This document shows, piece after piece, positions 1 through 8,317 of a stretch of 64,000 nt of DNA; positions within the stretch are counted from its first letter, which is position 1; each line of letters starts with the position of its first letter. The position numbers were made by a program, and so were the translations under genes. The notes under the pieces were generated by a model. The model had not been told where the DNA came from. It made no database searches and saw nothing but the letters and a program-made list of their open reading frames with translations. This DNA comes from Desulfatiglandales bacterium (GTDB lineage: Bacteria; Desulfobacterota; DSM-4660; Desulfatiglandales; Desulfatiglandaceae): the NCBI GenBank assembly GCA_963666345.1, contig OY762721.1, positions 160,001 to 224,000 on the forward strand, given 5' to 3'.

Positions 1-559
1 AGGCTGTTGAACCTGTAGGAGTGGCTATTATGAGACCGTCTGCGCGAAAAGTGGTCAGGAATTCATTGTTTATGGTTACTTCCAGATCTATGATCCTTGC
101 CAGTGTGGCCTTGTTTATTACAACGTCGTTTAAGACACTAAATCTGCACGCCTCTTCCTTTCCCTCCCTGACAACCCTTGTTTCGAGCATTGCACGGCTC
201 TCCACCTTCAAACCGCCCTTTATCATCATCTCAAGGACCGGATAGAGCTGTTCAAGGCTTATGCTCGTAAGGAAGCCCAGACCTCCGAGATTTACGCCGA
301 GCATAGGAATCCCATAACGCCCGATTGATCTGGCCGCACCCAAAAGGGTCCCGTCCCCGCCCAGGACAACAACCCGGTCGACAGTGGAGGGAATGATTTC
401 AGCTCCTCCGGACTTTATTTCACCCGATTTTTCAGGACCCATCTCGTATAAAAAGGCATCGATGTCTCTCTTATTGAACCATTGATAGAGACGTTCGGCT
501 TCATGTCTTGCAGGCTCGTAGCGTTGCTTATAAACTATCCCAACCGATCTGTATGCCAT
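1..559 (-). CDS. nadK: NAD(+) kinase, 3' end truncated by window edge
   Basis: Not in the ORF track. Manual minus-strand translation from ATG 559 (MAYRSVGIVYK...) gives VVVLGGDGTLL, NLGGLGFL and DGLIIATPTGSTA, the NAD kinase signatures. AGAGG RBS upstream. Confidence 0.93.
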   Translation of the reverse strand, partial: MAYRSVGIVYKQRYEPARHEAERLYQWFNKRDIDAFLYEMGPEKSGEIKSGGAEIIPSTVDRVVVLGGDGTLLGAARSIGRYGIPMLGVNLGGLGFLTSISLEQLYPVLEMMIKGGLKVESRAMLETRVVREGKEEACRFSVLNDVVINKATLARIIDLEVTINNEFLTTFRADGLIIATPTGSTA

Positions 560-573
560 TTGTGGAAAATCCT

Positions 574-2298
574 CTATCTGTTTCGGGGAAAAAGCGGCAC
601 TGTCCGGAAATTCATTACATCCACAAGTCCCATGTCCGTCAATTTCAGTTCAGGTATGACCGGAAGTGCCAGGAATGAAAGCGTGCCTAACGGCTCCTCT
701 AATGAACACCCGAGCCCCCAAACGACTCTCTTTAATTCCTTTAACCGGCCAACAAGCCTGTCAATAGGTTCCCTGCTCATAAGTCCCGCAACCGTTAGAG
801 GAACGCTGGCCACGATTTTTCCATCCACGGCAACTGTAAGGCCTCCCCCAATAAGCCGAACTTCCTCGACTGCCCGGTAAATATCATGATCGTCAACCCC
901 AAGTGCGATAACATTGTGAGAGTCATGTGCAACGGAAGAGGCAATGGCACCCTGCCTGAGCCCGAAACCCCTTACAAGTCCCCTTCCGATTCTTCCGCTT
1001 CCGTTGTGTCTTTCTATTACAAAGAGCTTGAGGGTATCTGAATCTGTGTCAGAGACAACCATGCCTCCTTCTGAATGAACCTCTTCTAAGATCGTTTCTG
1101 TTTCTATCTGGCCGGGAATCACCTTTATGATCAATGCCTTCTCCCCCTGAACCGGTATCTGAAAGCTTCCAGATGAAAGGCCCTTTATATTCAACGGTTC
1201 CGTATCACCACCGGCTTGTCTTTTTTCTGGGTACCCCTTGAGTTGCCCATCCCTAACGACCTGTATTCCATCCTTGAATACGGATTTCACAACGAATTCA
1301 TTCAGGTTCTCCAGCACGGTAAGATCGGCCTTGAATCCGGGCGCAACCGCTCCCCTTTTCCTTAAACCAAAGTACTCGGCCGGATTAAGCGTTACCATCC
1401 GCAAGGCTTCAACAGGGTCGAGCCCCAGCGAGACCGCCTTTTTGAGCAGGTAGTTGAGATGCCCCCTTTTCACTATATCCCCGGCGTGAAGGTCATCTGA
1501 GACAAGACAAAACCGCCTTGAACCCAAATCAGCCACAAGGGGGATGAGTGCCTTCATATTCCTTGCGGAACTACCTTCCCTAATCATTATCATCATACCG
1601 GCTTCGAGCTTTTCGAGCGCCTCCCGGTAAAGTGTTGTCTCATGCTCGGATCTTATTCCGCTTGTCACATATGCCTGAAGGTTTCGACCGCTGAGCAGGG
1701 GGGCGTGACCGTCGATCACCTCTCCGTCAAAAACGGATATCTTTTCAAGCACATTCTTGTCAAGACCGATGACACCGGGATAATTCATCATCTCGGCAAG
1801 CCCCAGTATACGGGAATCCTTCTTTATTTCGGTCAGGGCCTGGATACCAAGCTCAGCCCCGGCAGTTTCAAGATGAGTGGAAGGCACGCAGGAAGGGGCA
1901 GTGAAAAAGATATCAAATGGTATTGAACGACTGTCATCGAGCATGAAAGAGATACCTTCAACCCCTTTCACATTGGCAATTTCATGAGGATCAGCCACGA
2001 TGCAGGTAGTGCCTGCCATAAGAAGAGACGGAGCAAGCTCGGACGGGACCAGCATAGTGCTTTCAATATGGATATGTCCTTCAATAAATCCCGGAACCAG
2101 GAAACGGCCAGAGATGTCAACCTCCTCATCTCCTTTGTATGCCTCCCCCAATCCGGCGATATAACCATCCGATATGGCCACGTCCGTTTTCCCGATTCTT
2201 CCTGAAAACAGATTGACCACCCTGCCCCCTTTAACCACCAAATCCGCGGGCATATCCCCTTTTGCAACTGCAATTCTCTTTTTCAATATATCAAGCAA
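574..2298 (-). CDS. ade: Adenine deaminase
   Basis: 574 aa. Amidohydrolase HIHIES, DPHEIANV, EMMNYPG, DGHAP, SDD and VAHDSHN motifs of the AdeC family. Confidence 0.93.
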   Translation of the reverse strand: MLDILKKRIAVAKGDMPADLVVKGGRVVNLFSGRIGKTDVAISDGYIAGLGEAYKGDEEVDISGRFLVPGFIEGHIHIESTMLVPSELAPSLLMAGTTCIVADPHEIANVKGVEGISFMLDDSRSIPFDIFFTAPSCVPSTHLETAGAELGIQALTEIKKDSRILGLAEMMNYPGVIGLDKNVLEKISVFDGEVIDGHAPLLSGRNLQAYVTSGIRSEHETTLYREALEKLEAGMMIMIREGSSARNMKALIPLVADLGSRRFCLVSDDLHAGDIVKRGHLNYLLKKAVSLGLDPVEALRMVTLNPAEYFGLRKRGAVAPGFKADLTVLENLNEFVVKSVFKDGIQVVRDGQLKGYPEKRQAGGDTEPLNIKGLSSGSFQIPVQGEKALIIKVIPGQIETETILEEVHSEGGMVVSDTDSDTLKLFVIERHNGSGRIGRGLVRGFGLRQGAIASSVAHDSHNVIALGVDDHDIYRAVEEVRLIGGGLTVAVDGKIVASVPLTVAGLMSREPIDRLVGRLKELKRVVWGLGCSLEEPLGTLSFLALPVIPELKLTDMGLVDVMNFRTVPLFPRNR

Positions 2299-2304
2299 GC
2301 ATGT

Positions 2305-2907
2305 TCACCTTGTCACCTTTCCTATTACCCTCCAATCTTCTTTCCTGTCAGAGGAGGTGTCGACCATAAGATGGACAATGGACAGTTCGGGAAAACGCTT
2401 CTTCAAATCTTCCAGATCGACCGGCTCGAATCGTTTTTTGTTATTTGTGTAGGCCTTTTCCGTAAGGGCGTTTGACTCGTAATTTTCTTTTGTCCGCCTT
2501 GAAATGCGATTCAGAGAGACCTCCTGAGGGCATTGCGTTTGCTGTATTACAAGTGTCTTGCCGTTTCCGGCCGCAACTTCCGCCGCTCTCCTTCTGAGTA
2601 CCTGGGTAACAAAGGTGGCATCCAGGATTATGCCCCCTTTTTTATGGGCCAGTTCATGGGCCATCCTGAACATTTCATCATATACCATTGTCCTTTTGTC
2701 CATATTCGCCGCCACTTTTTCGTCAAATATGTCCTCCCCTGTCAGGACCTCAAGCCGTATTATATCCGACCTGATCACGATATAATTCTTTATCTGTGCG
2801 ATAACCTCCGTTGTTTCAGTCTTATATGATGCGGGAAGCCCGCACGCAATGAGCACGGTTTCAGGCCCAAGCTCTTCCTGCATGAAATCCAAAAAACTCT
2901 CATCCAT
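2305..2907 (-). CDS. P-loop kinase-like protein (AAA_33 / COG0645-like)
   Basis: Walker A-like CGLPASYKT, SDIIR and ILDATF...RR. Resembles the C-terminal half of the bifunctional phosphotransferase/ATP-binding proteins. Confidence 0.75.
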   Translation of the reverse strand: MDESFLDFMQEELGPETVLIACGLPASYKTETTEVIAQIKNYIVIRSDIIRLEVLTGEDIFDEKVAANMDKRTMVYDEMFRMAHELAHKKGGIILDATFVTQVLRRRAAEVAAGNGKTLVIQQTQCPQEVSLNRISRRTKENYESNALTEKAYTNNKKRFEPVDLEDLKKRFPELSIVHLMVDTSSDRKEDWRVIGKVTR

Positions 2908-2946
2908 TCTTTCTCTCCTTCCGGTTAAATCCTTGATCAGAGGACT

Positions 2947-3939
2947 TTAGATATATGAACGGGCAAGACGGAAATATCTGTGCGCCCTTTGAGCCGCCGC
3001 AGCCTTTTCCTTTTCTCCTATTCTATCATCATCCAGTTGAAAACTGTTTACCTTTCCTCTCACAAAGGCCCTGTAAACCTTGTAAAAGACAAGCAGGTCT
3101 TCTACTCCTACATCTCCCGTATGTCTGCAGTATTGTTTCCAGAGGTGATCGGAGAACTCGACGCCTCCATGAAACTCCAGGTCCATGAGTAGAAACGCGA
3201 TATCCGCGATAGTATCACTGTAACGAAACCTGTCATTGAATTCAATGCAATCAATTACAGCAAGATCATCAGTAAAGCAGATATGCTCCATATGAAGGTC
3301 GCCATGACAGTCTCTTATCTTTCCCCTGTCTATCCTCCGGGAGAACATCTCCCTTTTGTCCCTGTAAAAGTCGGCCGTCCACTCTTTAAGCGCATGAAAA
3401 TCATCATTTCTAATGCTAATATCAATATATTTTCGGACCTGCTCAAAATTTTCGTCCGTATTGACTCTGAACTTTTCAGCTCGCCCGAATTGATCGATTT
3501 GAGGGCTTCTCAAGGCATTTTTATGGAAACCGGCCAATGTCTCAGCCACCTTGTCAAGGTCTGAATGAGACAGGCATCCATTGTCAAAGAGGGACTTCAT
3601 GAGCCTTTCTTCAGGTATGCGCTTCATCTTCACCGCATATTCGACCGGTTCGCCTCTTCCTTCCAGTGTGTGCCTTCCATGATCAAGACTAATCGGGACT
3701 ACATCCAGGTAGATACCTTTTGCCAGGCGTCTGTTGAGCATCAATTCCTGTTTGCAGTAAAAATGCCTTTTTTCAAGATCCGAAAAATTGAGAAACCCGA
3801 AATCAACAGGTTTTTTTACCTTGTAAACCGTTTCATCCGCTATAAATACGATCGATATGTGGGTCTGAACCACTTCCACCTTTTCCGGTGTAAAAGGGTA
3901 TGAGACGGGATCTTTAAGGTCGGTTATGAGATCTGTCAT
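2947..3939 (-). CDS. Aminoglycoside-phosphotransferase-like protein (COG2187-like)
   Basis: QTHISIVF, YKVKKPVDFGFL, HGDLH and IDCIEFNDRFRY..D...DIAFLLMDL motifs. Confidence 0.85.
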   Translation of the reverse strand: MTDLITDLKDPVSYPFTPEKVEVVQTHISIVFIADETVYKVKKPVDFGFLNFSDLEKRHFYCKQELMLNRRLAKGIYLDVVPISLDHGRHTLEGRGEPVEYAVKMKRIPEERLMKSLFDNGCLSHSDLDKVAETLAGFHKNALRSPQIDQFGRAEKFRVNTDENFEQVRKYIDISIRNDDFHALKEWTADFYRDKREMFSRRIDRGKIRDCHGDLHMEHICFTDDLAVIDCIEFNDRFRYSDTIADIAFLLMDLEFHGGVEFSDHLWKQYCRHTGDVGVEDLLVFYKVYRAFVRGKVNSFQLDDDRIGEKEKAAAAQRAHRYFRLARSYI

Positions 3940-4829
3940 TATTCTCCTTCCTTTGGTTTAATTCCGAACTGTTCCGCCACGAATCGCGGTATAGGCAAGG
4001 TTCCCATTATAACCGGTTGCTGGTGACAGTCTGATCCTCCGGAGGCCATTAAGCCCTCTTTTCGTGCAAAACTGAGATAGGAGGATGTCACCTGCCTGGA
4101 ATGGCTGGAATGCCAGCATTCTACTCCGTCCAGATATGCAATCATGCCTTCCTTTATTATCCGATGCTGCCCCTTTATCGATGGGGTGAAAGATGCCAGA
4201 GACGTTCCCCTGGGATTGGCCGGGTGGGCGATAAAGATCTTTCCCCCCGCATCCCTGATAAGGGATGCGGCCTCCTCGAGGGACACAGGCATTTTAGGAA
4301 CATTACATCTTACAAGGTATTTGTCAAAGGCCTCCTGTTTGTCAGACACGATCCTCTTTTTTATAAGATAGTTTGCTATGTGGGGTCGTCCGAACGCACC
4401 GTCGACCGTCTCCTCTATAGCTTTCAGGTCTTTATGCGTAAAAATCGGGATTTTCCTTTTCTCTAGTTCCAGATTCAACCTTTCAAGTATCTGCTCTGCC
4501 CTCTTTTTTCTGTACGCCTTTAACTGTTCCAGCTTTTTTAAAAGTGCGCTATTGCCTATATCGAAGCCGTAGCCGAGCAGATCAAGTGACGCAGGTTTTG
4601 AATCCCTGTATCCGGGATGTGAGAAGGAAATATTAAGCTCTACGCCGCTCAGGTAGTCAATACCGTATTCAAGCGCCAGTTCCATTGCCCTCTGCTGACA
4701 CTCGATGGAGTCATGGTCTGTTATGGAAATGACATCTATCTTTCTCTTGTTCGCTTCGGCAAATATCTCATCAACGCTGAATTTGCCGTCAGAGCCGTCT
4801 TTGGAGTGAACATGCAGGTCAACCTTCAT
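3939..4829 (-). CDS. PHP domain metal-dependent phosphoesterase
   Basis: DLHVHS..SDG, ITDHD, GRPH, AHP and GGSDCH motifs. The stop overlaps the next start (TAATG). Confidence 0.9.
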   Translation of the reverse strand: MKVDLHVHSKDGSDGKFSVDEIFAEANKRKIDVISITDHDSIECQQRAMELALEYGIDYLSGVELNISFSHPGYRDSKPASLDLLGYGFDIGNSALLKKLEQLKAYRKKRAEQILERLNLELEKRKIPIFTHKDLKAIEETVDGAFGRPHIANYLIKKRIVSDKQEAFDKYLVRCNVPKMPVSLEEAASLIRDAGGKIFIAHPANPRGTSLASFTPSIKGQHRIIKEGMIAYLDGVECWHSSHSRQVTSSYLSFARKEGLMASGGSDCHQQPVIMGTLPIPRFVAEQFGIKPKEGE

Positions 4830-4931
4830 TTTTCCTTTTTTCCTTTCATCTCTGTTTATCTGCCCGGCCCCTCTCCGGGGTATACCGGGGGCAGGTGCTC
4901 CGGAGCGGGATTTTCTACCCGACTCAGTTTT

Positions 4932-4959
4932 TTTATATTAGCGCCTGCTGACAGGTCAA
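4932..4959 (-). promoter_or_regulatory. Putative sigma70 promoter for the PHP-...-nadK operon
   Basis: Minus strand reads TTGACC-N16-TATAAA, about 100 nt upstream of the PHP start. Confidence 0.5.
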
Positions 4960-5173
4960 GTAAAAGGTGCCTATTTCATTGACTTTTCCGCTTCTGTTTT
5001 TTTATATGAAAAAAGTCCGTTTATAAAGATCAGACACCCGCCATGAGCTTTTTGAAGAATAAATGAGGGCTCGGGCAGGAAATGATTTACTCAATCATTC
5101 AAATAAGAGAAAATCAGATTCTTGAACATGCAAAAAGCAGCGTTAAACCTTCCATAAAAAAGGGAGCAAGACA

Positions 5174-5989
5174 ATGCAAGACAGGATAGCTGAGACTGCG
5201 CGATTCCTTTCATCCAAGATCGACTCCCCTCCTGTCATAGGGATGATTACCGGAACAGGTCTTGGTTCACTTACGGAAAACATGGATACCCGAGTCAGCC
5301 TTTCGTATGACGAAATACCTCATTTTGCCAGATCCACCACACAGGGTCACAGGGGCAACCTGGTTTTCGGCAGACTATCAGGAAGGCCTGTCATTGCTCT
5401 TGACGGCCGTTTTCACATGTATGAAGGATATTCACCTCAGGAGGTGACATTTCCTGTCAGGGTCATGGCCTCATTAGGGGTAAAGTATCTTCTTATCTCA
5501 AGTGCGGTCGGGGGGCTTAATCCCCTCTTTAAAAAAGGTGAGCTCATGGCGGTTACGGACCATATCAACCTGACAGGTAAAAATCCTCTTGTCGGCCCTA
5601 ATATGGATGACTTCGGCCCACGTTTTCCGGATATGAGCCGCGTCTATGATTCCGAACTGCTTGAAATGGCGGAAAAAATAGCATTGAAAAAAGGCGTTTT
5701 TCTTCGTAAAGGGGTTTACGGGGCGGTTATGGGACCGAGCCTTGAAACCCCTGCTGAAACGCGCTTTCTGAGAATGATAGGCTGTGATGCCGTGGGTATG
5801 TCAACAGTCCCTGAGGCGATTGCGGGCACCCACTGCGGAATGAAAATCATCGCAATAGTCGTTATCACCAATGTGAATCTTCCGGACTGCATGTCAGAAA
5901 CCTCTCTTGAAGAGGTCATCTCCGCGGCTCAAAAGACAGGACCCTCGCTCTGCATGCTTTGGGATTCGCTTATAAACGAACTTTACTGA
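5174..5989 (+). CDS. punA: Purine nucleoside phosphorylase (trimeric, inosine/guanosine type)
   Basis: GTGLG, GRFHMYEG, DHINL, ETPAE, VGMSTVPE and ITN motifs. AGGGAG RBS. Confidence 0.9.
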   Translation: MQDRIAETARFLSSKIDSPPVIGMITGTGLGSLTENMDTRVSLSYDEIPHFARSTTQGHRGNLVFGRLSGRPVIALDGRFHMYEGYSPQEVTFPVRVMASLGVKYLLISSAVGGLNPLFKKGELMAVTDHINLTGKNPLVGPNMDDFGPRFPDMSRVYDSELLEMAEKIALKKGVFLRKGVYGAVMGPSLETPAETRFLRMIGCDAVGMSTVPEAIAGTHCGMKIIAIVVITNVNLPDCMSETSLEEVISAAQKTGPSLCMLWDSLINELY

Positions 5990-6029
5990 CCCCCGGCGGG
6001 GCTCCCAACTCTAATTTACAGGGGTTTTC

Positions 6030-7343
6030 ATGCATCTTTTCGATATTTCTATTGAAAACGGATTAATCATAACCATGGACGAAGAAAGGTCCATAGTAAG
6101 AAATGGGGTCTTGGGTGTAAAAGGAGACACCATCTCCTTTGTGGGTCCGTCAAAAGAAATTTCCTTTAAGGCGCTAAAGAGTATTGACGCAAGAGGTTGT
6201 CTTGTCTTGCCGGGTCTTGTAAACTGCCATACCCATTCCGCAATGAGTCTGTTCAGGGGCCTTGCCGATGACCTCCCGCTCATGGAATGGCTCACGAGGT
6301 ACATATTTCCGGTGGAATCGAAGATAAACGGTCAATTCGTTTATGACGGAACCCTTCTGGCCTGCGCCGAGATGATCATGAGCGGAACAACCACCTTCTG
6401 TGATATGTACATCTTTGAAGATCAGGTAGCTACCGCCGCAAAAGAGGCGCATATGAGATGTCTCGTAGGAGAAGTGCTCTATGACTTCCCCTCCCCAAAT
6501 TACGGAGATATCGATAAGGGATTTGAATACACGGAGGCCCTTATAGACAGATGGAAATCCGATCCTCTTGTCTCCATTGCGGTCGAGCCCCATTCACTTT
6601 ACACCTGCAGCCCGGAGCTGCTTACGAGAGCGATGAGGATAGCCACGGACCATGATGTCCCCTATATCACGCACTTTGCGGAGACTCTATCCGAGATAAA
6701 AGAAATAAGGGAAAGGTTCAAAAAATCTCCGCTGGAACATCTTGAGGACCTTGATCTGCTCGGTCCAAATCTCGTTGGCGCCCACTGTGTCCACCTAGAC
6801 AACGGGGAACTGTCCAGAATGGCGGACAGCGGAATGAAGGTGGTAAATAATCCTGAAAGCAATATGAAGCTTGCCTCCGGAATCGCCCCGGTTCCTGAAA
6901 TGCTTTCTTTGGGAATAACCGTAGGTCTTGGTACCGACGGTTGCGCCTCGAACAACAATCTGGATCTTTTTGCGGAAATGGACATGGCCGCGAAAATACA
7001 CAAGGTAAACACCATGGATCCTACCGCGGCTGATGCCGTCACCGTACTTGCAATGGCCACAATCGAGGGTGCCAGGGCGATCGGGCTGGAAGGAATAACA
7101 GGCTCCCTTGTGAAAGGCAAGAAGGCGGATATCATAATAATGGATGTATGCAAACCGCATCTAACTCCGATGTACAACCCCTATTCTCAAATTGTATATT
7201 CGGCGAGGGGAAACGACATTATCCACAGCATAATAAACGGAAAAATTGTAATGGAAGACAGAAGGCTTCTAACTCTTGATCTTGAAAGGATACTGGCACG
7301 CTCTCACGATCTTGCAGGCAAGATAAAATCCTGGCTTTCATGA
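6030..7343 (+). CDS. mtaD: Amidohydrolase, MTA/SAH (5'-substituted adenosine) deaminase family
   Basis: PGLVNCHTH, RGLADDLPLMEWL, PHSLYTC, HFAE, NPESNMKLASG and GTDGCASNN motifs. Confidence 0.85.
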   Translation: MHLFDISIENGLIITMDEERSIVRNGVLGVKGDTISFVGPSKEISFKALKSIDARGCLVLPGLVNCHTHSAMSLFRGLADDLPLMEWLTRYIFPVESKINGQFVYDGTLLACAEMIMSGTTTFCDMYIFEDQVATAAKEAHMRCLVGEVLYDFPSPNYGDIDKGFEYTEALIDRWKSDPLVSIAVEPHSLYTCSPELLTRAMRIATDHDVPYITHFAETLSEIKEIRERFKKSPLEHLEDLDLLGPNLVGAHCVHLDNGELSRMADSGMKVVNNPESNMKLASGIAPVPEMLSLGITVGLGTDGCASNNNLDLFAEMDMAAKIHKVNTMDPTAADAVTVLAMATIEGARAIGLEGITGSLVKGKKADIIIMDVCKPHLTPMYNPYSQIVYSARGNDIIHSIINGKIVMEDRRLLTLDLERILARSHDLAGKIKSWLS

Positions 7344-7424
7344 CATTTTCCCTGTCATTTTGTCCCGGCTTTTTATGGTGTATAGCATTGACGACCTGTC
7401 CAATATGGATTTATAAGAGTACAC

Positions 7425-8210
7425 ATGTCTGATTGTTCCCCCCTTGTAGCCCTTGGAAGCAGGCTTCGTGGAATCCCCCAGGTTATCACCCTCGGCGTGA
7501 AGCCCAACTTCCTGGATTACGACCAAGAAGAAAGAAACCTCATCAAGGAAAGCAGGATCATCCTTTATCCCAGTCGTAATTATGCTCAGTTTTTCAATAC
7601 ATCGGGGAAAAGGACCTTTCCTGGTCTTGAGACTTATCTCTATGCCGACAACAAGATTATGCAGACAACCCTGTTCTACATGATGGAGATACCTCACCCA
7701 AGGACGAGGATATATTATCACCTTCATCATGAAGGCATTCTTAAAGAATTCTCGTTCCCATTTATAGGGAAAATACCGAGAGATTCGGCACGGGGAAGAG
7801 GAGTGTTTTTGATTCGAGAAAAGTCTGAATTAAGGGATTACCTGAGCCTGACCAATGTTGCATACATACAGGAATTTCTGCCGCATGATCGTGACCTCAG
7901 GGTTGTTCTGATCAACTACGATCCCGTAATCGCCTATTGGAGATATAGCGCCGAAAATAATTTCAGGACCAATCTTGCACAGGGCGGGACGATATGTTTT
8001 GATGATATTCCCGAAAAAGCGGTACAGTTGGCGGTCGAATGCGCAAAGAGATGTAAATTCGATGACGTGGGTGTCGATCTCATCTGCTCCGGCGCACGCT
8101 GGAGCGTGATAGAGGCAAACATGAAATATGGTAGAAAGGGGCTCAGGATGAAAGACCTGGACCTTAAAAAAATAATGACGCAAAAGCTTGTTGCAGGTGA
8201 GATAGGATAA
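7425..8210 (+). CDS. RimK-like ATP-grasp ligase
   Basis: SARGRGVFLI, YIQEFL, DLRVV, FRTNLAQGG, GVDL and EAN ATP-grasp motifs. Confidence 0.82.
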   Translation: MSDCSPLVALGSRLRGIPQVITLGVKPNFLDYDQEERNLIKESRIILYPSRNYAQFFNTSGKRTFPGLETYLYADNKIMQTTLFYMMEIPHPRTRIYYHLHHEGILKEFSFPFIGKIPRDSARGRGVFLIREKSELRDYLSLTNVAYIQEFLPHDRDLRVVLINYDPVIAYWRYSAENNFRTNLAQGGTICFDDIPEKAVQLAVECAKRCKFDDVGVDLICSGARWSVIEANMKYGRKGLRMKDLDLKKIMTQKLVAGEIG

Positions 8211-8317
8211 GCTCAATCAGGAGATGCACGTTACCTGGCATGCTATGCGACGCAGTTGCTCCAGTAAATTTATAACAATAAAAATCAGTTCAGGTTCAAA
8301 CAAGGAAAGACAGTCCC

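Noticed and set aside
4878..4925. Purine riboswitch-like words on the plus strand (TATA...TTTCTACC...CGACT) upstream of PNP
   Set aside because: There is no P3 stem-loop (CCGTAAA) between TCTACC and GACT, and the segment lies upstream of the likely PNP promoter.
5987..6010. Selenocysteine read-through of the PNP TGA (hairpin follows)
   Set aside because: The protein is already full length, the frame closes within a few codons and there is no redox-motif context.
8236..8250. Possible sigma54 promoter TGGCATGCTATGC before the PBP gene
   Set aside because: GG-to-GC spacing is 2 nt shorter than the strict -24/-12 requirement.
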